A DNA stretch of 64,000 bases, taken from a virus (taxonomy: Duplodnaviria > Caudoviricetes). The notes under the pieces are model-generated. The model saw only the letters and a program-made list of their open reading frames with translations, was not told where the DNA came from and ran no database searches. The position numbers and the translations under genes are program-made. Of this stretch, positions 19,101-24,636 are shown piece by piece (within the stretch, counting starts at the first letter, position 1; every line of letters starts with the position of its first letter). Where the stretch lies: positions 192,001-256,000 of the IMG/VR virus record IMGVR_UViG_3300021431_000076; one strand, 5' to 3'.

Positions 19101-20707
19101 AAAAAGAAAAACAACAAACCAAAGAAGAAAAGAAAGAAAATAATGCAATAGCTCAAGAAGTAAAGAAAGCAAAAGAAGAATCTAAAGATAAAGATGCTAA
19201 ATCTGCTCCTAATGGATTGCAATATACACAAAATGATATTGATTATATACTCAAGAATTCTGATAAATTTGGTGGAGCTAAAACAGAAGAAGATGCTATT
19301 AAGATTCTATCTAAAGATAAGAAATATACAGAAAAACAAGAAGACACTAAGAAGGAAGAAAAGAAAACTGCGACTCAAGAACAAAAAGAAGCGGCTCTTA
19401 AAGAATACCAAAGGCAAGTAGAAACATTCAAGAATGTTCCAATAGCTCAACAAAGACTAATGGCACAAATGGGTATAATTCCTCAAGTACCAGATATACT
19501 AAAAGAAGAAACAGAGCAAAATAAAGAAAATAAAGATGTATTAGAAAAGCAAAAAGAGAAAGCTAAAACAATCACAAAAGAAAAGAAAGACTTAGGACCT
19601 TTTGGAGGTTTTGCTAATTCAATAGATAAACTAGAAGAAGTATTTGGTAGAATCTTTGGTAAAAAGAAGAAATCAAATAAAAAAGATGAAAAGAAAACTG
19701 GATCTGAATCAATAGATAAAGCTCAGAAAGAAGCAAAAGAAGCTAAGAAAGCAGAAGCTTCCATAGATAATAAAATCAATGAGAAAGATGCTCAAGCTAA
19801 GAAAAATAAATATAAAGAATACTTTGATAAGATCAATGATGATACTCCAATAGAAGATGTAAAAGAAATGATCAAAGATATTCCAAAAGATGGTATTTCT
19901 AAAGATAATATTATTGATTGGGATAATGATGATAAGAGTGTAATCAGAGCTAAAGCAAAAGCTCAATTAAAAGCTTATAATATCAAATTAGAAGAAGATG
20001 CTAAGAAGAAAGCCAATGAGAATAAAACTAAAAATGAAGAAATTAAGAAAGATCAAAATTCTATTACTAAAGCTCAAGATGATTCTAAATTTAATTTAGG
20101 ACAAGAAGGTTCTCATGGTGAAGGTCCTAATGGAAAGAAATATACAAACAATGATATAGCATACATACTCAAGAATTCTGATAAATTTGGTGGAGCCAAA
20201 ACAGTAGAAGATGCTATCAAGATACTAGAAAAAGATAAAAAATATACTGAAAAATCAGAAGAGGCTAAAAAAGATGATAAACCATCTCCAGATTCTACCG
20301 ACACTGGTAAAACGGAGAAGGGTGAAACTAAAGAAAACGAAAAATCTAAGGATGGGGTTACTACTTCCACACAAAAGTCTTCTCAAGAGGCTTCTCAGCC
20401 TGTTTCTACTCAAGATAAGCTTGATATATTAATTGCAGCACAAAATAAGACTAATGAACTATTATCTGCTATACTCAATATGGCAACTAAAGCAGTAGAT
20501 GCTAAGCAAACAGATATTAAAGCAGCTGAAAAGAATACAAAAGCAAAAGATAAGAAGAAACTTGATGAAACTGCTGCTATGACTAAATTGAATTATTTCT
20601 ACAATAATTCTATGAAGAATAGTGGTGTAGATACAAGCTTCTTTAATCCTGATTCAGGAGATTTCATAGATATATCTAAACGTATGCAAAATATAGCTTC
20701 AATGTAA
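4106..20707 (+). CDS. giant tape-measure-like / tail-associated multi-domain peptidoglycan hydrolase (~5530 aa)
   Basis: Helical N-terminus with glycine-rich hydrophobic repeats and FAxGG motifs. Domains: C39-like peptidase (SACGPMAMANAL...HYV, ~14150-14640); glucosaminidase-like (AQMMHETGG...LKKHGYY, ~14700-15130); phage tail lysozyme (AIAGIMGNWYAES...GYGLAQWT, ~15360-15840); NlpC/P60 (DCSG...HVFVYIG, ~16040-16520); Zn amidase_2 (IIIHHT...GYHY...GAHA...HREV...CPG, ~16575-16990); M23 (HHGIDY...HLHY, ~17790-18170). Start is either TTG 4097 or ATG 4106. Confidence 0.85.
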   Translation: MASNSIMDYLKNVGESVKFAAIESVTEKTPNLRKVFSENNKKYIQEVYKDVNQHRQELNMIDRIRNATVFKQISVGWDNLKDSIKTGKFKDDSRSTGFDEMEMMFAMMGDDFLGGDSDLIESEMNGEETGSTNEHRVRGIPEITKGDALVATASATATRNAASSISKAIVRSAELTDMTARKSTNLQLRALQQQANILSGGFQQLSSSLHTINQFNEQVVLTHAQNSRMFYEQATQLAQERNAILKEMLEMQRETFGATMRSNLSSDANDLSKMSKIFDKEKGFDLRAYMNLMQKRMKETPIGMVMMSIKMLPMMIGEVVQNPLHYIAKMGIDSIIDNSLKKAIYNIDQSISGMISTGLTKLANYGKDKATKNTLLGQIAGFFGLRDENTRLSAVDTSKYNKEAMQWNGIAQKALVEVIPGHLRRIEAALTGEAERVFDLQSGKWSTMKNVANVEKDIDRKVFKETFSKEKNQLLNMMNFNSREDKRGWINALDNFFKGVKNRGMIDYNHIREKSSEYGDNENIVKAIAYLIHSGGLDSSQIFNLTNKINEGNAKKAAMIRNLNPSNQSLVTEAVNNSYNAKWAAGTGAQYKTITNEDGSTRTYQKADKNGRWTSLPINDLSKLTDTRGYTLYDYQYNIMNLLMDIRSGGGFGSGGGSGRNKRSKQKTIPSTFVPVQTGNPYEYTDEELDDLKTSPNRQHAANLVQKAQAKSESKRLLLHPDKSGLDEEVKLPFSIEDIKNANEEQLAAIISHMNFAGQTSKEYRANKKVDSSGGIFGNLKSAASGLGIDSLDSFMEDMQEATSIADKFNVVGEALRSMTSAPQKILTSVLTEADRFMYEFMFGNPAGTEKDENGQPIEGFFGKVTNEFGKTMNNLNNKFNEWFKDTFKKGAGGIAGFFKGVLEDYFDIDIDKKVENAERHVKKYANKVKKGALSAGADLFGIAKEAVLGTAQDMGIYEPDEEENQSSPPPTTAYRGIRKYDSKYGLGIVGPGEKIISPGRGKVLDNTTGYKGYLLHEGDSVIPSYLNPSNAGRGRVTSQSLESQARNENALKDRYMSGGSIPFVGTFAQGGTVRKKVGGWIDDLIDSENKEDNTPDLDKQKKSRGFFHNFRNWLTGYNEPEFNEDQIKMQEFIKNIVNSATKAAIEANGGMFEDEESKGKSITQAGFEMAGKLRKSKVDLNTNEFQEALKEVLAMSENIKDPDFRDTLQFILNTAGYKGEFDTVDESKKVRRSRRNNLFVGVNQFMDTAFGIDSQKAIKEADKTIRKNLPELAKGGTLGALLSTVLPLGGPLMGALVGAGASVLTNSKSFQSYMFGSEITDKDGNVIDRKNDGIVSRKTVKAIQRYMPDAKKYGITGAIAGLVLPFGPLGGLMLGAGASFLKNNSRFQEFMFGEEGGLINKDRKERIKKALPNIGVATLGTLFLGPFGIVGNAMLGAGLGILSTTESFKRIMLGAKDKNGVRRGGLADIIRRQITDPFKKTMDDAKTRLAAWFKDDLFNPLAKTIKPLARVMTGEVKDIARKAAEFVFGKKGENQKSIFGRLGLKSVDRMLGLVRNAGGLGAFGLQQIGNVIGKGAHWAEKNIGQKMEKRAFRKGYIEGDTTAQERLDRAEELGVNADDANQYALGGLDKTIANISAGPDSKTKLQDLSTAISMMQDHLNGTPQNINRQIVAEKDNIESMSEKAYQDYMRKNPNAKNPHDMHRTIEKFINKMNKIGASDDFDLELSKGEIAKELADSDLPEEVKDQLMAVWEESGSNIDKLRKSKAQLNINGGKDAYNYMERMAANALGYEGELSDEQKERIKKILQNPNALEAITQEQRLNKEKEANDDSVNSQLKKQLDNPADQLITNNQELQINELQVMNTTLSYISNLLAATSQEDKDKIIQEFQKTMDKYNGVAKSEKLQKTIEESKAYANSIAAQKDKDDFNTDIGAGANQKIYNDRKFNRENAYQNDRFVEIINREREEKAYLGENLDKYIESIEPEVWKLVINESTWDKFKRNAKELAKDLSDDITHISQQGYAALLTADLYAQDKVNKAANYVMDNKDEIANAPLVILNGVLDAIAKLGDSGIEQLAQLNAKLHGDFYETKENAITRTLGEFKSFDSLSDDEKAELTGKDKPEPNSIKAMNNTKTTSMVEDNGRVVFGDPNENKKQEENKNQEQPKKDEEPKEEPNALHRIQEGIKEKAKETKDEVKETLKDEVEKIKETTKELVVEPIKDAATKVKDELESLANSIKTTAQVFSKFGNPIENVEKDTHDQIDNKTDKNPPIATYGLPFFDTFAAGGIAAAAASSGGGSLMGSIFKGAVGGALDHFTGGDSKDKKEDSNNTKETQSKSTPQSPDISSNDIKSVGGLISSLVSKSSGGAPDINSKDNISYTSDADGNPIAITKGPDGTPMKVRNKDNAMIEEKHKKEFSFKERSANALEAIAASIGAKAKDAAGTLGKGAAKAGGGLFGGLLDSIGGILNMLCLGLPVGTMLIGALKSLPGKIFKFFGGKLFDKFKDKLPDSISKKIGKMLGRDEDDEDDEDEDDEDDSKSKDKKSKKKKDKKKSKKDKDDEESNSIKSEAKKKKKKNGKKKKKGKKADSVENNENENQQEESNSIKSEAKKKKKKKGKKSKNKKADSADSVENNENENQQEESNSIKSEAKKKKKKKGKKSKNKKADSADSVENNENENQQEESNSIKSEAKKKKKKKGKKKKQQSTKSNNKDSKEESNSIKSEAKKKKKKKKDKKKKSKGSNLVNGGLAALSTAASLIATNDNSLFGSILGFDDEDDEKEDDAKDSDENSEDDDEKEAEKPNHYANIFNNLSKIIDNSDKEEVDIDPYMAIMQSINSILLGDEEEENDEDDDDEEEEEEEEVKSKKKKKKNKKKSKKETNAIKEEAKKKKKKGKKKADSADSVENDENQQEESNSIKSEAKKKKKKKKKGKKSKNKKKKKSKSRSSIANIAESGGAAAAIIDILGPDDEEEEEENDGSNSIKDMIEEADFSTGTEKAKGRKKKGKASEVASKIDEMTNSSKAEQKSAVQMAIGKIKSTLQTVISAVGKWFPGKETATAIDTFCRKIIGKIATEQGEQAIAKAVAKQAASASAGAATMGIGTAVVTIGFAATEFIHGFNNASELFKIAEAVVTFGMRTLAGLVCAIHAALTSIPVVGIAVAIFVDPDKLLEDAIDIIGPAVGITRQDLDNLRKSGQDKIDQDVADAAEQTNLSPSYTDSIKAAAGSAVGMVVQGASSFAGILADKAKDAMSSIGDATGKAMSFAKDTAAGVGNWIKENASKGYQFLSDTASSAWQTAKNYGSKAYDTVASVVSGAKDKFSGLVSSAKSYASNLFGKGKNDQTDNGLFGTGIHSQLDPKIAGMPFNKAGDTEKQTVRDSACGPMAMANALEGLGYSINDTDILKKTLNGKETNGGMPDYVLSEYANRQGASTRNIGTSYQDLKESLMSGNPLVLMGQNNIGETDKDPFAENPHYVTAQGIDKDGYVTIKDPESYNPIKKYKLSDIAKTTTLATEVGKGKFGRSRYGKGPTLDENPPFGSIAAELAKRTGSKHPEFFWAQMMHETGGPENEKKWNAKHPEYGDIHNYGGFTWYSGMGEEYKGPPRPKSEGGYYAKFKSDAEYADMAFRKVYKSYANELAKCNTVEEFAAVLKKHGYYDDTEANYVACLNRWLNQYKGKLGNISGMSISGDASNTSASSNGTSSTGGKFGDNNGQSVAGFFKAISDSSKIIKSSIEAGTKRIFGKGKSKWGREKSNGTGEDIYAYLKSKGLSNQAIAGIMGNWYAESKWKSSLVECKKPPWREISSDTMTIDGNTGYGLAQWTYITRQQKLHEFMKSKGLQDSDYKGQIDFVFSGQDGDINPVIKSMDKMSPEEAAREFLDKYEHKILDTKNTERYHLSERQKAAKEVFEKQGKGMSGVSSLTGSSSGSSSNASADVQDEKETGIFGALAQLAKRVGSIINIFGSGDNGSSGGGSNSIGGGANVTEIADKIIKMANAYANSPITYAMTNPVAVPPAKGSCDCSGMAMSCYKAGGIDITRTADTQYEFFKKHNAIYKGDIKSLQPADLVFTRDSSGQIDHVFVYIGNGKAVNMGQNHRERGNLAGLNSAGGDAVYYNGWEKIQAGIDYHKGGAEFGSLTKLCSALGLGSSSSGGYHGGDKRSKTTRIIIHHTSGSKTSDPDPSAAEINKWHTAPPRNWNCIGYHYVIRKNGSIEKGRNEDEIGAHAEGANNDSIGIHVGGEFMYFKPTEKQIESLIKLIQQLCKKYNIPIDRKHILGHREVGQTDCPGDNLYNQLDSIVAKAAGSGKGKYRFGRGKPNVPSLIEKKSNSFGKGKSKYGRAGYLNSTGNVGFANYDYLKSNTINPPTNNSDYKFTNTDLTQKHLDAALKGETYQSRKDPITGKLLTAKDMETAAKAGVTQNVKKEDIKSLEEWNKAKEEGREVQVSAPENSVIDIAEQGKQESQTNLMDQFFGGVGEKLNAIEQKLAPIKSGILSKLGSVITEKFGKFSNLIGDPLGMFKGFFGSKDNSSSSSADGSHGGGGGTFNGDATAIPATGSAAAALKKALNCEITSQFGPRDGGVHHGIDYGIGTGTPVPTVTDGVIDDIGSQGGAGYGNYVVVKDKKGMYHIYAHLSKNDLAKKGDSVKAGQIIAKSGHSGHCIPDGPNGSHLHYGIYNNPNCAAGDGCINPNSYKIDGLSSSGQGKYGRGKLIKINPVKTKGSDRGGVDTKKYVPKSGRGKFKSTGLEDLDITRTATYPDFPKEAKSPDNNFGISDEMIKQSKFGQGKYGRGFDLNSVLNVLGTIAQFANLNRNPFIVGGGFAGNNAQQKPQNNIKQNQSKKKEVDKKLIAPNGLQYTQNDIDYILKNSDKFGGAKTIDDAIKILEKDKKYTEKQEDTKKQIAPNGLQYTQNDIDYILKNPNLFNGAKTEEDAIKILSKDKKYTEKPKDTKKEEKKTATQEQKETALKEYKKRIETFSNVPVAQQRLMLQMGLGPKVPQILLEEEEKEKQQTKEEKKENNAIAQEVKKAKEESKDKDAKSAPNGLQYTQNDIDYILKNSDKFGGAKTEEDAIKILSKDKKYTEKQEDTKKEEKKTATQEQKEAALKEYQRQVETFKNVPIAQQRLMAQMGIIPQVPDILKEETEQNKENKDVLEKQKEKAKTITKEKKDLGPFGGFANSIDKLEEVFGRIFGKKKKSNKKDEKKTGSESIDKAQKEAKEAKKAEASIDNKINEKDAQAKKNKYKEYFDKINDDTPIEDVKEMIKDIPKDGISKDNIIDWDNDDKSVIRAKAKAQLKAYNIKLEEDAKKKANENKTKNEEIKKDQNSITKAQDDSKFNLGQEGSHGEGPNGKKYTNNDIAYILKNSDKFGGAKTVEDAIKILEKDKKYTEKSEEAKKDDKPSPDSTDTGKTEKGETKENEKSKDGVTTSTQKSSQEASQPVSTQDKLDILIAAQNKTNELLSAILNMATKAVDAKQTDIKAAEKNTKAKDKKKLDETAAMTKLNYFYNNSMKNSGVDTSFFNPDSGDFIDISKRMQNIASM
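11786..12900 (+). repeat. intragenic repeats encoding EESNSIKSEAKKKKKK
   Basis: Unit gaagaatctaattctataaaatcaga at about 11786, 11903, 12026, 12149, 12251 and 12838; 123-bp period across the middle copies. Confidence 0.9.
18634..20250 (+). repeat. four ~45-aa repeats (APNGLQYTQNDIDYILKN...AIKILxKDKKYTEK)
   Basis: Near-identical DNA copies at about 18634, 18790 and 19204, plus a diverged copy at about 20123. Confidence 0.9.
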
Positions 20708-20713
20708 TCAAAT

Positions 20714-20745
20714 AAACCAGTAGGGATTAATCCCTACTGGTTTTT
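20714..20745 (+). terminator. intrinsic terminator
   Basis: aaaccagtaggga-ttaa-tccctactggttt plus T tract. Confidence 0.8.
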
Positions 20746-20753
20746 AAATTTAG

Positions 20754-20765
20754 CACAAATGTATA
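20754..20765 (+). promoter_or_regulatory. late-type promoter CACA-N6-TA
   Basis: CACA-aatgta-TAAT before the RBS of the 20798 gene. Confidence 0.5.
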
Positions 20766-20797
20766 ATGAGAAGTTTAAAGGAGGAATATATAATACT

Positions 20798-22933
20798 ATG
20801 ATTAGTTATAAAAGACCTACTCCTTATATTATAAAAGGTAGACCTGTAAAGGTATATAGTGAAGCATCAGCAGTAACAGGAAAAGTTATAAATGCATTAC
20901 CTCCAGAAACTACTGTATATGCTGTAGGAGAAGATAATGGTTATATTCAATTATATGAAGATGGTGGATTTATACTTAAAAACAATAATGTTATTTTAGA
21001 TAGGCAAACTATAACTCAAAATGCTATAACAAAGAGAATTCAGGAAGCTAGAAAAAGAAAAATAAGGTCTGCATCTCTTGCTATGCCAGCATCTCCACTT
21101 CAAGGACAAACACTCCAAATTAAAAAAGGAATACAAACTGATGCATATGGTAACCAAATACCATCAGATGTCCAAGGAGGAAGATTTCTAGCATATGATT
21201 CAACAGCATCTGATGGCGGTATAATAGTAAAAGATGCAACTACTGGTTATAAATATAAATTAAGTTCGAATAATATAGATGTAATTTATACAAGTGCTGG
21301 TCAACCAGTAGATCCAGAAAGTCAAGATTATGCACTAAGTCAAGCTGGAGTAGATAAGATATCTGCTGATGTTTATATTAAAAATGCACAATCAGCAGCT
21401 GAATCTAAAGAAGAAGCTACTGCTAAAGCTGTAGAAACGGCTCAAACTCAATCCAGTGCAACCCAATCAAGCGATAATAAATCTAAAAAGAAATCAACTT
21501 TAGGAAGTATACTTGATTCATTAAGAGAAAGTATATCTAGTGCAACATTATTAAGTCTTGTTGGCTATGATCATGATCAAGATAAATCTCAATTCCAAGT
21601 AAATAATACTAGATCTGTATTTGGATTTCCATATCAATTTGAACCTTGGGTTGATAATAGATTAGATGGTAGTATGGATTGGGAACCATTTGGTAGAAAA
21701 TTTTCACAAAAAATAGTAACCAGAGCACCAATATTAATTATGCAAGCAGGTGATCCTAAATTCTTAGCAGGATTTTCTGATCAAGATAGAAAAGGTACAA
21801 TAGAAGGATTGCTCAAAGGCAAAGGAACTACTGCAGATACTATTGCTAATCAAGCTGGTAAATATTATGCATTCTCTGATAGTTCAGTAGAATATTATAG
21901 AGCTGTAAATGATATGTGTAAATCCGTAGCTGCTATGATGGGTGTTGGCGATAGAAAAATAACTGTAAATGGTCATGGTCCTTATCCAACATCTAAATTT
22001 GATTGGAGTGACGCAGCATCTGGTGATGGTGGCTCTCATAACTTTTTTGGGTATTATAGACAAGCAGTGGCATTTTATGTAAATGCAGAACCTACCATGC
22101 AAGATGCTTTTACTAATGGATCTAGACCATCTCAGTTAGCTGGTAAAGTAAATCAATTATCTGATCAAGCTGCAGAACTTCAATTTATATTAGGTGGTGC
22201 TGAAGGTTATGATCCAACTGGATTAGCTGGAGCATTACATAGAGAAAGTAAAGAAGTAGTACAAGGTGCTGGAGCTAAAGATGGATCTGGTAGTACTGGT
22301 ATATTAGGAACTCTTATAGATAGAATAGATACACTTATGTCTGGTGGTAGATTAATCTTTCCAGAGATATGGTCTGATTCACAATATACAAAGAACTATA
22401 ATGTTACTATCAAATTAGACTCTCCAGATTGTGATCCTTTGTCTATTTATCTAAATATATTTGTTCCTCTTATTCATATTATAGCATTTTGTATGCCTAG
22501 ATGGTCTGCACCAAATGCATATGTATCTCCATTCATAGTAAGAGCATATCTAAGGTCTATGTTCCATGTAGATATGGGAATAATTACATCATGTGATATT
22601 ACTAGAGGCACACAACAAGGATGGACTCAAGATGGATTACCGACAGAGGTAACTGTAAATCTTACTATTAAAGATTTATACAATGTATTATCTATGATAT
22701 CTGGTGAACATAGCAATGATGTTATTTCTAATCCAGCACAATTAGATTATCTTGGTAATCTTTGTGGTATTAACGTAGCAGTTCCAGATTTTTCTAGAAC
22801 TCTTACTCTTTGGGCAGCATGTAGAAATCCAACTACAGCGATATCTGAAGCTGTATTAAGACTACAATCTAGAGCAGCTCGTACAGTTAATAGTGCTTGG
22901 CAAAATCTATTCAATTCATATTGGAGAATGTAA
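20798..22933 (+). CDS. baseplate/tail-tube-initiator-like structural protein with N-terminal SH3b-like domain
   Basis: N-terminal VKVYSEAS...VINALPPETTVYAVGEDNGYIQL is SH3b-like. C-terminal FPEIWSDS...GIITSCDITRG...GLPTEVTVNLTIKDL has a tube/hub-fold pattern. GGAGG RBS favours the ATG at 20798. Confidence 0.55.
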   Translation: MISYKRPTPYIIKGRPVKVYSEASAVTGKVINALPPETTVYAVGEDNGYIQLYEDGGFILKNNNVILDRQTITQNAITKRIQEARKRKIRSASLAMPASPLQGQTLQIKKGIQTDAYGNQIPSDVQGGRFLAYDSTASDGGIIVKDATTGYKYKLSSNNIDVIYTSAGQPVDPESQDYALSQAGVDKISADVYIKNAQSAAESKEEATAKAVETAQTQSSATQSSDNKSKKKSTLGSILDSLRESISSATLLSLVGYDHDQDKSQFQVNNTRSVFGFPYQFEPWVDNRLDGSMDWEPFGRKFSQKIVTRAPILIMQAGDPKFLAGFSDQDRKGTIEGLLKGKGTTADTIANQAGKYYAFSDSSVEYYRAVNDMCKSVAAMMGVGDRKITVNGHGPYPTSKFDWSDAASGDGGSHNFFGYYRQAVAFYVNAEPTMQDAFTNGSRPSQLAGKVNQLSDQAAELQFILGGAEGYDPTGLAGALHRESKEVVQGAGAKDGSGSTGILGTLIDRIDTLMSGGRLIFPEIWSDSQYTKNYNVTIKLDSPDCDPLSIYLNIFVPLIHIIAFCMPRWSAPNAYVSPFIVRAYLRSMFHVDMGIITSCDITRGTQQGWTQDGLPTEVTVNLTIKDLYNVLSMISGEHSNDVISNPAQLDYLGNLCGINVAVPDFSRTLTLWAACRNPTTAISEAVLRLQSRAARTVNSAWQNLFNSYWRM

Positions 22934-22975
22934 TACCAAGGGAGAATTCTCCCTTGGTAAACTTTTTTTCACTTA

Positions 22976-22990
22976 TATACTATTCCTATG
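22976..22990 (+). promoter_or_regulatory. early-type promoter TATACTAT-N6-G
   Basis: tatactat-tcctat-G directly after a terminator. Confidence 0.7.
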
Positions 22991-23015
22991 AGTATGAGTT
23001 GAAGGAGGAATACAT

Positions 23016-23183
23016 ATGCCATTATTTTTAGCATTCTTAGCAGGAGGATTGTTTGTTTCTATAGCATCAAAGTCTACTAGAAATAATCTTAAAACAGCAA
23101 AAGATGATCTAGATAAAGTTTTAGACGACAGACAAGAATTGCAAGAAAAAGTAGAAGAAATACTAAGACAAAAAGATTTATAA
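23016..23183 (+). CDS. small membrane-anchored coiled-coil protein (55 aa; missing from the ORF track)
   Basis: AAGGAGG RBS; MPLFLAFLAGGLFVSIASKSTRNNLKTAKDDLDKVLDDRQELQEKVEEILRQKDL; own promoter and terminator. Confidence 0.75.
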   Translation: MPLFLAFLAGGLFVSIASKSTRNNLKTAKDDLDKVLDDRQELQEKVEEILRQKDL

Positions 23184-23256
23184 AATAAAGATAATACCTG
23201 GAATTTCAGGTATTATTTTTTATCTTATTTTTTACTTATACATAATCAAGAAAGAG

Positions 23257-23985
23257 GTGATAATTATCAAAACTAGAAAACAAAAGAAAAATCTTTATGA
23301 TTCTAAATACTCTCATATTCCTAGAGATTATAATGAGAGATTATCATGGATGTATGACACACTTCATATTACTCCAGACAAAGAGAATTATATTCTTCAA
23401 GCAAGAGATCAATATATTCAAAGTATGGCATTTAGTCCAGAAATATTAGTTATATTATATGAAGAACCAGAAGGTTCTCCAAGACCAAGAGCTAGATTTG
23501 TTAACAAAGGAAATCTATCTGCTAGTGCTAAAGCAAATCCAGGATTTATACAAGTATATTCTATTACTGGTGCTGCAGATAGAAAGTTTATGAAACAATT
23601 TATATCAGATAATGATTTTTTGCAATTAGATCAATTAATATATACTCCATGTAATATAGAATTCGATGCATTCTTTAAAACACCAAATTCATTTAATAAC
23701 ACAGATACATTTTTAGCAGAACTTGGATGTATACGACCGATATCAAAACCAGATTTTGATAATATTGAAAAGAAATATGCTGATATGTATAATGGAAATG
23801 TTTGGATAGATGATGCTCTAGTAGTAGATGCGGTAGTTAGGAAATACTATTCTATTCTTCCTAGAGTTGAGATTCATCTTAGATTTCTAAACATGCTTTA
23901 TAACAAATACCAATACAAATCTATATCTAATAGAGTAGATAGCACTAACGTAAATTATTTCAATACTATATATAAAAAGGAATGA
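23257..23985 (+). CDS. rusA: RusA-like Holliday junction resolvase
   Basis: PEGSPRPRAR N-terminal motif; KPDFDNIEKKYADMYNGNVWIDDALVV catalytic pattern. Confidence 0.75.
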   Translation: MIIIKTRKQKKNLYDSKYSHIPRDYNERLSWMYDTLHITPDKENYILQARDQYIQSMAFSPEILVILYEEPEGSPRPRARFVNKGNLSASAKANPGFIQVYSITGAADRKFMKQFISDNDFLQLDQLIYTPCNIEFDAFFKTPNSFNNTDTFLAELGCIRPISKPDFDNIEKKYADMYNGNVWIDDALVVDAVVRKYYSILPRVEIHLRFLNMLYNKYQYKSISNRVDSTNVNYFNTIYKKE

Positions 23986-24359
23986 TTTACATGTTAAAAG
24001 TTTATCCATCTGGTTTAGATTTAAATATGAAGAATAATATTCTAACAGCTCAATATATGAAACAAAAACTAACACGAATGGGATATCTAACAACCCAGTC
24101 TATTTATAATACTATAAAGGAGTTCTTTCCTCAGTTTAATGAGAATGCTATAGGATATATGAATACAGAAATAACTATATCATTATCAGGAGAAACTATA
24201 TATCAAATAAGAAGTATATTAGTAGAGTTATTTAATAGATTAAGTAGTAAACTAAGTGGAATAGTTAGTTTAGATGAACAGAATATATTGATCAGTAGGC
24301 CTGAGTTATTTTATACTATTCAAACAGTTAGTCCAAACATATATATAATCAGAATATAA
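23982..24359 (+). CDS. hypothetical protein
   Basis: ORF overlapping the rusA stop (ATGA coupling). Confidence 0.6.
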   Translation: MIYMLKVYPSGLDLNMKNNILTAQYMKQKLTRMGYLTTQSIYNTIKEFFPQFNENAIGYMNTEITISLSGETIYQIRSILVELFNRLSSKLSGIVSLDEQNILISRPELFYTIQTVSPNIYIIRI

Positions 24360-24584
24360 GATAAGATTTGGCGAGCCTTATCTTAGTTTTGTTTGACATA
24401 ATGAATCCTCCTAAAATACTCCTTTCATGATGTTTGTTCGTTGTTTCTCCTTTTTCATAAAACTTCCCTAATACACTCCCTAGGTAGAAATACCTAGGGA
24501 GATTCTATGTTTTAGGGAAATTTACTGTGATAGAAGATAGTCAAAAATATGCCAATTTTGGCCATTTAATCTTTTTTTTAGTTA

Positions 24585-24599
24585 TATATTATAGAGGTG
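24585..24599 (+). promoter_or_regulatory. early-type promoter
   Basis: tatattat-agaggt-G. Confidence 0.7.
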
Positions 24600-24636
24600 A
24601 TTTAGTCATATAATCTATTGAAGGGAGGAATATTTT

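Noticed and set aside
4261-20370. Numerous minus-strand ORFs inside the giant gene (and similar shadows elsewhere)
   Set aside because: Antisense shadows of biased codon usage; F/S/L-rich, no RBS or promoter
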